From: Bdellovibrionales bacterium
GTDB taxonomy: Bacteria > Bdellovibrionota > Bdellovibrionia > Bdellovibrionales > CAYMLA01
Reading direction: 5' to 3'
NCBI GenBank assembly: GCA_965217115.1
Contig: OZ244239.1
Coordinates: forward strand, 2,048,001-2,112,000
DNA length: 64,000 bases
A program made the translations under genes and the position numbers. The notes below the pieces were generated by a model. That model saw only the letters and a list, made by a program, of their open reading frames with translations. It searched no databases and was not told the DNA's origin. This document shows, piece after piece, positions 19,038-27,778 of the stretch. Within the stretch, counting starts at the first letter, position 1; each line of letters opens with the position of its first letter.

Positions 19038-19577
19038 GTGGAGTTAAAAACAGAGAGATTATTATTGAATTCATTTAGAGATTCTGATGGCTCCTTAGTA
19101 GCTAAGCTTGCAGGGGATAAAAGAGTTGTGGAAATGACAGCATCCATTCCTTATCCCTATGAAACTCAAATGGCAGTTTCCTGGATTCAAAGTCATGAAA
19201 AACAAAGGGAAGAGGATTTCAACTATATTTTTGCAATTCGCCTCAGAGAGAGTGGAGAATTAATTGGATGTATGAATATAGGTCTTAATAAAGGTCATGA
19301 TCGAGGATATTTAGGTTACTGGATTGGGCATGATTATTGGGGGAGAGGATATTGTACTGAGTCTTTAAAAAAAATAATAAAATTTGGATTTGAAGAGAAA
19401 AATCTCAACAAAATCTGGGCTGAACATAAATCCCTTAATGTCGCTAGTGGAAGAGTTATGGAAAAAGCAGGAATGAAGCATGAGGGAGTAATGAGAGATC
19501 ATTATAAACAAGGAGAAAACTCTTATCTTGATATGTCACTTAAATCAATCCTAAGGAAAGAGTATAGGAGTGACTAA
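19038..19577 (+). CDS. GNAT N-acetyltransferase (RimJ/RimL type)
   Basis: 'LKTERLLL', 'LGYWIGHDYWGRGYCTE', 'NVASGRVMEKAGMKHEG'. Confidence 0.92.
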   Translation: MELKTERLLLNSFRDSDGSLVAKLAGDKRVVEMTASIPYPYETQMAVSWIQSHEKQREEDFNYIFAIRLRESGELIGCMNIGLNKGHDRGYLGYWIGHDYWGRGYCTESLKKIIKFGFEEKNLNKIWAEHKSLNVASGRVMEKAGMKHEGVMRDHYKQGENSYLDMSLKSILRKEYRSD

Positions 19578-19786
19578 TTTTTTTTTCACATAGAGCCATA
19601 AAAATATTTAAGCACAAGAGACAATAATAATCATTTCTTTGTCAATGTGTATCTCCTTGTATTACATTTAATTCTATTCTAAAAAAACACTCGCCCTTAG
19701 TTCAGCTCAGTTTAGCTTAGTTTAGCTTAGTTTGAGATAATCTGATAGACTTGTTAGCAAGTGAATAATACAAATATGAGGGTTTT

Positions 19787-20698
19787 ATGATAAAAATAAT
19801 TATATTAATTCTGTTAAGTTCAAGCTTTGTTGCTTGCTCTGGAATGAAACGAAAAACAACATCGGCTATTTTGAAAAAAAGAGGGATTGCTCTTACTAAT
19901 TCTGATAAAATGCCTTTGACAAATGACGATCTTAGACGATTTTATAAAAATGCATGTAAAAAAATAGGGTTTACTAAAATTAAAGTGAGAGGAGGTTATC
20001 TTCGATGCATTAATGGTGGATGGGGCTTTAAAAATACCTTTCTCGAATCAAGTTATGACGAACCGAGAACAAGAATTATCTTTGGTAAAGAACAGGCAGA
20101 TTTAATTAAGAGTTTTAAAAGAGAAATTCCTTCGGGGATAATTTTTCATGAAAGTGTTTTAACTTCTAATAATGTGACTTTCAGCTTCTACCCAAGACTA
20201 ACCCAACAAGAACATGACGATCTTCAAATGAGGATAACTCCATTGGAAAAAGACATAACTATTACTTTTGGGGAGTATTTAGCAACAGCTCCATCGAAAA
20301 AAATTAAAACATTATCTACCTTTGCTATAGATGTAGGAACATTAATCTATGATAAAAAGAAAAAAAATGCTGTGTTATACCACTCTAAGACAGAATATGT
20401 GGATATAATTCTAATGAGACAAATAAAACAAGAACTGCTAGATAGCGGATCAAATGAAGAGGATTTGATGTTTTGGGGCACAGATAGTATTACTTCTTCT
20501 GTGCGAGAACTTTATTTTGATAAGATGTTTAAATCTACGAGATATGATCTTCCTCGAAGTTTTTCATTTGATTTAAAAACTCAGAAAATACTTCCCTACA
20601 ATATGAAATATGTAACAAACATTTCGGATCGAATAGGAGAAATATTAATAAAAATGAAACATGGGATTCCATATATAAGAAAGTTTATTAAATTTTAA
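19787..20698 (+). CDS. hypothetical lipoprotein
   Basis: Lipobox FVAC; the N-terminus is shared with the 16142 and 17345 proteins. Confidence 0.72.
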   Translation: MIKIIILILLSSSFVACSGMKRKTTSAILKKRGIALTNSDKMPLTNDDLRRFYKNACKKIGFTKIKVRGGYLRCINGGWGFKNTFLESSYDEPRTRIIFGKEQADLIKSFKREIPSGIIFHESVLTSNNVTFSFYPRLTQQEHDDLQMRITPLEKDITITFGEYLATAPSKKIKTLSTFAIDVGTLIYDKKKKNAVLYHSKTEYVDIILMRQIKQELLDSGSNEEDLMFWGTDSITSSVRELYFDKMFKSTRYDLPRSFSFDLKTQKILPYNMKYVTNISDRIGEILIKMKHGIPYIRKFIKF

Positions 20699-20717
20699 TA
20701 AAAATAAAAATCTCCAA

Positions 20718-20800
20718 ATAAACAAGGAGAAAACTCTTATTTTGATATGTCACTTAAATCAATCCTAAGGAAAGAGTATAGGTGTGACTAATTTTTTTCA
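20718..20800 (+). repeat. direct-repeat copy of the 3' end of the GNAT gene (19504-19588)
   Basis: ATAAACAAGGAGAAAACTCTTAT(C/T)TTGATATGTCACTTAAATCAATCCTAAGGAAAGAGTATAGG(A/T)GTGACTAATTTTTTT occurs twice with 2 substitutions. Confidence 0.95.
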
Positions 20801-20952
20801 TATGACAATGATATTTAGCAGTATAAGATGGCGGAATGATTTACGATATAGAAAAACTAGAACCGTCATAGGTCAATCCTCTAACTTGCGTGAATTAAAC
20901 ACTCGGTTTGTAATTAAACCTCACTCAGAAAGGCGATAAAGTTTCACTAAAG

Positions 20953-20984
20953 AAAAAGGACTATTTAAAATAGTCCTTTTTTTT
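20953..20984. terminator. bidirectional intrinsic terminator
   Basis: AAAAAGGACTATT-TA-AATAGTCCTTTTTTTT-type hairpin between convergent genes. Confidence 0.7.
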
Positions 20985-21069
20985 AGCCCTTCCTCTAACG
21001 ATTTACAAAGCAAAGACAAAATCTAAATTGCTATGGCTAAGCCGGTCATTGGTTCGGATATGCTACTGT

Positions 21070-21507
21070 CTAGTCAGCAAGTTTTAGTCCAGAACATGTA
21101 AGATTTCTTCTCAAATATTCTTCAATCACATTTTTGTATTCGATAGAATCATAAGCAGCCGTTATATATAAACCTCTAAACTGAGTGGGCTCATAAGAAT
21201 CATTTATTTTTACATAAATTTTAGTTTTATACTCAACGACTCTAGTGGGGTCCACCACAAATTCGTGACTGTTACCTACAAAAAGGTTGAAATTATCAAC
21301 ACCACAGGTAGAGGTAGCAGGAAGAATTAAGTCTGTATACGATGTTGTTATAGTAGCCGTCATCATTTTTTCTGCAAATTTATTACAAATAGCAACCTTG
21401 GGCTCTTCAAATTTCAGCCAACAAGCATCTCCGTTATTGTCAGTTCCTGTATATGTTTTACTCATAGCAGGTAGAGCAAATAATAGCACTAATAAAGCTT
21501 TGAACAT
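21070..21507 (-). CDS. secreted hypothetical protein
   Basis: GAGG RBS before ATG 21507; signal peptide MFKALLVLLFALPAMS. Confidence 0.7.
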   Translation of the reverse strand: MFKALLVLLFALPAMSKTYTGTDNNGDACWLKFEEPKVAICNKFAEKMMTATITTSYTDLILPATSTCGVDNFNLFVGNSHEFVVDPTRVVEYKTKIYVKINDSYEPTQFRGLYITAAYDSIEYKNVIEEYLRRNLTCSGLKLAD

Positions 21508-21939
21508 TTTTTCCTCCTTAATTATAGGAATGGTTTTATCGTGAATTTTGCTCACAATTTGTTTACTTAACTTATACCACAGATCCTGCAAATAAGTAAG
21601 AAACAAGGTACTTAATACAATGACTGTGTAATCTTTACTATTGTAAATTTTGTAATTACTTCTTATGCAAATCCATCCATCGTTTTTGTGTTTGGTGAAG
21701 GGGCAGTTGGATTTTATGTAGGAAGCTGAGCCTTAGAGGAACTAGTAATTTCAATAAGCTATATGAGTGGGTGGTAGGGTGAGGTGTCTATTCTTTTGAC
21801 AGTTTTTTTGTAAAAAGTACATGAACTTAAAAAACATTGAGTGATCTATAAGTTTCCAAGCTATAATCCCTTATTATAAAGACACCAGAGAGTTCGCTCG
21901 TAAGGCGATATGAAAACCATTAATTTTGGGAGTTTATTT

Positions 21940-22434
21940 ATGAAAAAAAGTTACTTACTAGGATGTATTATTCTTATGTTCAGTACACAATTATGGGCAA
22001 AACGTACTGATAAATGTCCAGATCGCTTAGAGGAGTTCACTTGTAACAATGTTAAAAATATTCCCTATCACAATAGAATAAAACTGACTGCATTACTAAA
22101 AGGAGTAAAGAGTTACTACGCATATGTAAAATTTTATGAGGACCACTGGGGGCAAATGAAAGGCATTCACTGCAGTATTGACGGAAATTATATACAAACA
22201 TTAAACATCCAAGAGTTTGCGGGATACCAAGCGCCAAATAAATTATACGTAGAGCCGACTGTAATGAATAGAGAGTTTGGATTAGTTAGTGAGCGTCGAG
22301 ATCAGAGAAGTCTTCGTGATTTCTCTGATGAGCCCCATAGACCTTGTTCATCAGAAAACGATACTCTATCTGAGAAGCCTGATTCCTTCCTGTGGAATAT
22401 GAAGGGAGTTTTACTTGATATACCCAAGCGGTAA
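21940..22434 (+). CDS. secreted hypothetical protein
   Basis: GGGAG RBS before ATG 21940; signal peptide MKKSYLLGCIILMFSTQLWA. Confidence 0.7.
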   Translation: MKKSYLLGCIILMFSTQLWAKRTDKCPDRLEEFTCNNVKNIPYHNRIKLTALLKGVKSYYAYVKFYEDHWGQMKGIHCSIDGNYIQTLNIQEFAGYQAPNKLYVEPTVMNREFGLVSERRDQRSLRDFSDEPHRPCSSENDTLSEKPDSFLWNMKGVLLDIPKR

Positions 22435-22542
22435 AAGAGGTTCCGCTAATACGGATGAAACCTTTGCAGATTGAACTATTTTGACGAAACAGCTAATCGG
22501 AAACTATTAGTTTTAATTTGAGTTCAAAACCTAGGGATAAAG

Positions 22543-22719
22543 ATGATAAAAACACTCATAGCTTTATATGTTTTTTTGATTGCTCATAGTGCTTTTTCTG
22601 ATGAGGGCAAAGAAGTCATAGTTGTCTGCTTACAACGGTTTCAAAAAATCAAAAGCGGCTTAGAGTCATCTTGGTGTTTTTCTATAATAATTGTACTTAC
22701 CTCACTCCCCATTGCTTAA
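22543..22719 (+). pseudogene. orphaned signal-peptide remnant (58 aa)
   Basis: MIKTLIALYVFLIAHSAFSDEGKE... followed by a short unrecognisable tail. Confidence 0.45.
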
Positions 22720-22853
22720 TCTTGCAAAAAATACAAAAGCTTTCCGAGAGCTTGCTCATTTCTTCGTTTAGCGTAAGTATTGGCAGTCTGAATAAATAAA
22801 TTATGAGTAAAACCTATAATAAAGCCATTACTCAAATAAACGAGAGGTCAGTT

Positions 22854-23210
22854 ATGAAACTATTAATAGCAAGTCTAATTCTTTTTCTATCGGCAACAAC
22901 TTTTGCAAAAATGACATGGGATTATAGAAACTATCCTGTTTGTAGTGATTCTGTGGAAAATGAATTGTACGCAGTTAATAGTATATTTTGTGAGTCTGTT
23001 AAAAAATTTTCCAACGGTGATTTTTGCTTACAAGCCAACTGTCTTTTAAATTCTCACATCTCTTACTGTGATAAATCTGTACAAGAGTCTGTTTCGAAAT
23101 TAAATATTTCATTAATGGATGGGTCTAAAGCTTCTAAGGAGATTTATGGTGCTCGTGCCAGATATTGTTTCCACGCTAGTGACATACACAATGTATGCCC
23201 CACACTATGA
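22854..23210 (+). CDS. small Cys-rich secreted protein
   Basis: GAGG RBS before ATG 22854; signal peptide MKLLIASLILFLSATTFA; 7 Cys. Confidence 0.7.
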   Translation: MKLLIASLILFLSATTFAKMTWDYRNYPVCSDSVENELYAVNSIFCESVKKFSNGDFCLQANCLLNSHISYCDKSVQESVSKLNISLMDGSKASKEIYGARARYCFHASDIHNVCPTL

Positions 23211-23423
23211 TTTACTTCAAGATGGCTCTTTTTGGAGGCAACAAAAGATCAGTGCAAGAAGGTGATCAAAAGCCTAATTCAAATGAGTAATAAATAACAA
23301 TCTGTAGTAAAATATCGGCGACTTTGCAAAAAATACAAAAGCTTTCCGAAGGCTTGTTTTTTTTTTAGTTTGGCGTAAGTATTCATCTGAAATTATAAGG
23401 GGCATTGCTCAAAGGATATAAAA

Positions 23424-24122
23424 ATGAAAAAATTTATTACAGTGTTATTACTATTGGTCTCTAGTATTGCTTATTCAGATAACCAAAGAGACATTGTTGA
23501 TTTTAAATCGGTTGTTTCAGAGATCAATAAGTTTCAAGGAGATCATAAAGTAAGAAAAAACTCCGAAGAATCTTATAGAGATAGAGATCATCGTAGAAAT
23601 AGAAACGCCTAATCCAAGGACAAAGCACTTCGGAGTTCTAGAAAAATCTCTCGTACATTAAGGGAGACTGAGTATTATCCAGAAGATGATTCTTTGCTGG
23701 ACGCCGTTGATTTTGCACTCAAGAGAATATTCCGTGGCCTTGCCAATTTTAATATTGACGAGATTCTTTCTGGAAATTCCCGTTCTAGAAATCCCCACCC
23801 AGGAAATCACCGCCCAGGAGGTCCCCGTGATCGCAACTCCCATACTTGCGTAACTATTCGGACTTTAGCGGCAGAAGTACATTATCCATATAGTGGCATT
23901 CGCGACACCACGAAACGTCGCCTGTTGCACAACGATAAGAGAACCCTAGACAAGAGATGTCGTGATCTAGGTCATGATTATTCTGACCTAAGAGAGACAA
24001 CGAGTTATACTGGTAACAACTGGTGTAAGTACCACAATGCAAGGACAGCATCTTGGAACGGATCAAAGTGGATCAAGCGCTCCTGCAAGAATGCTGTCAG
24101 TAAGCTGGTGTGTTGTCACTAG
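23424..24122 (+). pseudogene. secreted protein interrupted by one in-frame TAA
   Basis: ORFs 23424-23612 and 23694-24122 are in the same frame. The gap reads open (NA*SKDKALRSSRKISRTLRETEYYPEDDSLLD) apart from TAA at 23610-23612. Confidence 0.75.
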
Positions 24123-24380
24123 GTTTGTACCGTTAAAAACATTGCTTTAAGTGGCTTAAAAGGGCATGAAAAGACTGTTGCTCCAAATGCAGTTGAATTG
24201 AAGGTAAATACCAATATAGGTATAAAACGCCCCATAGGCAGTGCTTAAGAACATAGGGGCTCCTTTTCTAAGGGGGAGTGGTAGAGGCCTTATTTAATGG
24301 TTTATGCTGCGACTGTTAAAGGAATGGGACTGACACTGTGCAAATTAAGGAATCTGGTCTAGCTGGTTATTTAGCAGGCC

Positions 24381-24842
24381 CTAATTATTTTCAGAGAAAA
24401 ATGCATTCAACTGGACAACACTGGGTTTAATTTTTTTACAGCTTTTTGGAATCACTAAAATTGTATCGTCCCCAGCGACTGTGCCCATACAAAAGTTTTT
24501 ACAATAGTGGTCAATAAACCCAGCGACAAACATTGCCGAACCTGGAGTTGTCTTAACAACAATTGTATTTTCGTTATTATTGGTGCTTAGGATTAAATTT
24601 CTTAGGGTATGACCTGCAAATTGAGGTGCAGGCCCTGTAGAAGAGAGGGTGTAAATGGTTTTTCCATGACTTTTTGTTTTAATGGCGCCAATTTTTGTTA
24701 GAGCTCTTGAAACTGTAGATTGTGTTACATCAAAACCTTTCTTTTTTAAATGTTTAACTATGTCAGCTTGACCTCCTGTAAACCCAGAGCCAATAAGTCC
24801 TCTTAAAATTTCCATCATTTTTCTTTTTCTAAGTAAATCCAT
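24381..24842 (-). CDS. argR: arginine repressor
   Basis: 'GFDVTQSTVSRAL', 'VVKTTPGSA', 'GTVAGDDTILVIP'. Confidence 0.95.
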   Translation of the reverse strand: MDLLRKRKMMEILRGLIGSGFTGGQADIVKHLKKKGFDVTQSTVSRALTKIGAIKTKSHGKTIYTLSSTGPAPQFAGHTLRNLILSTNNNENTIVVKTTPGSAMFVAGFIDHYCKNFCMGTVAGDDTILVIPKSCKKIKPSVVQLNAFFSENN

Positions 24843-24855
24843 TCAAACCTCGCAT

Positions 24856-24936
24856 ATTGCATATTTATGCATAAAAATGAGTTAATATGCAATCATTTAT
24901 TGCGTATATGAGTCAAATATTGCAAATTTATGCTCA
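24856..24936. promoter_or_regulatory. ARG boxes (two tandem pairs) in the divergent argR/argG promoter
   Basis: ATTGCATATTTATGCATA, AATGAGTTAATATGCAAT, ATTGCGTATATGAGTCAA and ATTGCAAATTTATGCTCA resemble the TG(A/C)AT-AT-rich-AT(G/T)CA ARG box. Confidence 0.75.
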
Positions 24937-24955
24937 AACCTGATTAGGGGGGGTT

Positions 24956-26149
24956 ATGAATAATACAACGATACTTGCTTACTCTGGAGGACTAGATACA
25001 TCGGCGATCATTCCTTGGCTTATTGAAAATTACGAAACGAAAGTAATTGCTTATTGTTGTGATCTAGGGAATCAGCCTGAAGTAGAGGCTATTAAAACAA
25101 ATGCTTACAAATACGGAGCTTCAGACTTTATCTTTGAAGATCTAAAAGAAGAGTTTGTAAAAAATTATGCCTTTAAAGTTTTAAGGGCTGGGGCTACCTA
25201 CCAAAGCGAGTATCTTTTAGGGACCGCTATAGCCAGGCCTTTAATTGCAGAGAGAATAGCTAAATATGCTCAGCAGCATAACGCTTCTTATATAGCTCAT
25301 GGAGCTACGGGGAAGGGAAATGATCATATTAGATTTGAAAAATCCTGGGCATATCTTTTGCCTGAAGTAAAAATCTTAGCACCTTGGAAAATTTGGGAAT
25401 ATAAAGGCCGAGCAGATCTAATTTCATACTTAAGAGACAGAGGCTTTATGTATGAAACTAAAGCCAGCTCCGATTATAGCATCGACTCAAACCTCCTGCA
25501 TACATCTACAGAAGGTGGCACTCTCGAAGATATAGAGCAGTCTTACGATATAGAAGAGATACTGAACCTAGAGATTAATCAAGGTTCAGCGACGAATATT
25601 AAATTGAAATTTGAAAAAGGAATCCTAACAAAAATTAACAATGAAGATCAGAGTGCTGCACAAGCCTTGGAGTTATTAAACAAGATTGGAGAGACACATG
25701 GCATAGGCATCGTTGATCTGGTTGAAGAGAGGTTTAATGGAATTAAAAGTAGAGGGATCTACAAAACACCTGGCGGAAGCATCCTGCTTTTTGCTTTAAA
25801 TCAATTAAAACAAATTTGTTGGAATAGAAAGTTATTTAGGATTGCGCAACAGTTGTCAGATCAATATGGAGATCTAATTTATGATGGAGATTGGCACACT
25901 GAAGGTTGCCAAGCTATTGAAAGTTTTTTTGATAGAGCCTCTAATAACCTCACTGGCACGATTAGCTTAAATCTTCATCAAGGAAAAATATTTTTGGGCA
26001 GCAGGCAAAGTCCATTTAGTTTATACGATCAAGGTGACGTTAGTTTTGAAGAAGATAAGAATGGCTTCTATGAAGCCTCTAGTGGTTATGCCAAATTTGC
26101 AACTTATCCTAATCTAATGGAAGGCAAAATTCACAGAGGTGAAAGGTGA
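24956..26149 (+). CDS. argG: argininosuccinate synthase
   Basis: 'LAYSGGLDTS', 'YLLGTAIARPLIA', 'HGATGKGND', 'GIKSRGIY.TPG'. Confidence 0.96.
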   Translation: MNNTTILAYSGGLDTSAIIPWLIENYETKVIAYCCDLGNQPEVEAIKTNAYKYGASDFIFEDLKEEFVKNYAFKVLRAGATYQSEYLLGTAIARPLIAERIAKYAQQHNASYIAHGATGKGNDHIRFEKSWAYLLPEVKILAPWKIWEYKGRADLISYLRDRGFMYETKASSDYSIDSNLLHTSTEGGTLEDIEQSYDIEEILNLEINQGSATNIKLKFEKGILTKINNEDQSAAQALELLNKIGETHGIGIVDLVEERFNGIKSRGIYKTPGGSILLFALNQLKQICWNRKLFRIAQQLSDQYGDLIYDGDWHTEGCQAIESFFDRASNNLTGTISLNLHQGKIFLGSRQSPFSLYDQGDVSFEEDKNGFYEASSGYAKFATYPNLMEGKIHRGER

Positions 26150-27450
26150 GGGTTTTAAATACAAATAGAAACAACTCAACACAAGAGCTTTTATATAGTT
26201 TTACCAATGGTGTAGAAATAGATTCTTTACTCTTCAAGCAAGAAATCAATGTTCAAAAGAGTTGGGTTACGGCTTTAAAAGAAATTGATGTATTTAATCC
26301 TAGTGAAGAAGAGAAAATTCTTTCTGAGCTAGATTTCATCGCTAATTTGATGGAGAATGAAGAGTTTGAATGGCGTATTGCTGATGAAGACATACACATG
26401 AACATCGAGCGACATTTAACTGAAAAGCTTGGCGACTTAGGAAAAAAAATTCACCTCGGTAGGTCAAGAAATGATTTAATTGCAACAACCTTGAGGATTT
26501 ATACTAAAGATTCTTTAAGTGATATTTCAAAAATAATGACTACGCTTAGAGAGGTGATAAGTGAGAAAGCTAATGAGTGGAAAAAAACTGTAGTTCCTGG
26601 CTTAACTCATGTTCAAGCCGGAATGCCCGTAAGGTTAAAATTAATTTTCGACGCTCACGCAGAGGCAATAGGAAGAGATCTTGTCAGGATATCTAATGCC
26701 CAAAACTCTTGCATGGACTGCTGTCCTCTCGGGTCAGCAGCTCTTGCAGGAACGCATTTAAAATTAGATTTAAAAAAATTATCAGAAAATTTAGGATTTA
26801 AGAACTCTGTGCAAAATACCTATGATGCTGTAGGAGATAGGGATTTTATTTTAGAAACCTTAAACTGTTTTTCTACTATTGGTGTGCATTTATCTAGAAT
26901 ATGTGAAGAATTGATTTATAACTCGTCTTCTTATGTAGGTTTATTAAGTTTGCCTGCAAACCTATCTACTGGAAGCTCAATCATGCCTAATAAAAGAAAT
27001 CCTGATGTTCTTGAATTGATTCGAGCTAAGATGTCCAAAGTAATTTCTAGCTCTTCAGAAGGAGCAAATCTTGTTAAGGCTGTTTTACCCAGTTATGGAA
27101 GTGATCTGCATGAGTTGAAAGAAGTTTTGCTAAGGTCTCAAGAGTCTCTTATAAGGTCTCTTGAGATACTCATCCCTTTCATTAAAGGTATTTCTTTGAA
27201 TAAGGGTAAAGCAGAAGCTCTCTGCAAAACAGGTCATATTTTAGCGACTGATATTACAAATTTTTATTGCACTTCTGGGATGAACTTTAGAAGTGCGTAT
27301 GTGGCCGTTGCTGAATTGGTACAACGAGCAGATGCTCAAGGTAAGCAAGTACACCAGGTTTTAAATGATGAAGAAAAACTAGAATTCTGGATATACTTAG
27401 AGGGCACAAGAGGCTTAAACAAACTGTCATTTACAAATAACAACGTCTAG
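26146..27450 (+). CDS. argH: argininosuccinate lyase (C-terminus possibly shortened)
   Basis: 'EDIHMNIE', 'HLGRSRND', 'STGSSIMPNKRNPDVLELIR'. Confidence 0.93.
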   Translation: MRVLNTNRNNSTQELLYSFTNGVEIDSLLFKQEINVQKSWVTALKEIDVFNPSEEEKILSELDFIANLMENEEFEWRIADEDIHMNIERHLTEKLGDLGKKIHLGRSRNDLIATTLRIYTKDSLSDISKIMTTLREVISEKANEWKKTVVPGLTHVQAGMPVRLKLIFDAHAEAIGRDLVRISNAQNSCMDCCPLGSAALAGTHLKLDLKKLSENLGFKNSVQNTYDAVGDRDFILETLNCFSTIGVHLSRICEELIYNSSSYVGLLSLPANLSTGSSIMPNKRNPDVLELIRAKMSKVISSSSEGANLVKAVLPSYGSDLHELKEVLLRSQESLIRSLEILIPFIKGISLNKGKAEALCKTGHILATDITNFYCTSGMNFRSAYVAVAELVQRADAQGKQVHQVLNDEEKLEFWIYLEGTRGLNKLSFTNNNV

Positions 27451-27549
27451 TCCAGTAACATAGTCTGGTATAGATATTGGCTCTCTTGGCTTATTATGTC
27501 TGAAATAGAAGGCTTAAAAATCCAAGGTTCTAAATCAAAAGTGGCTCAG

Positions 27550-27646
27550 TGACCTCTCCCCAAATAACTGAGCCACATAAAACTTGAGAAGCGGCATGAC
27601 AAGCGGTTCTGTCCGTTCTAGGGAGGATCTATGAAAAAGAAAGAAG
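27550..27646 (+). mobile_element. truncated IS3-like left end (IR, RBS and first codons of orfA)
   Basis: TGACCTCTCCCCAAATAACTGAGCCAC...GGAGGATCTATGAAAAAGAAAGAAG. Homologous to 31525-31622 on the opposite strand; 5'-TG terminus. Confidence 0.65.
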
Positions 27647-27778
27647 TTGTATTTTTTTTAGTTTGGCGTAAGTATTTATTTAAATAGGTAAATTGTGAGC
27701 AAAGCTTATGATAAAACCATTACAAATATGAGCACTAAGGCGAGGATAAAAGATTATCAGAACAAGTGTGGTTGTAAT

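Noticed and set aside
22803..27778. Similar N-terminal extensions MSKTYNKAITQ and MSKAYDKTITN in the ORF track
   Set aside because: They are better explained as translation of the shared upstream DNA module. Signal peptides start at 22854 and 27779.
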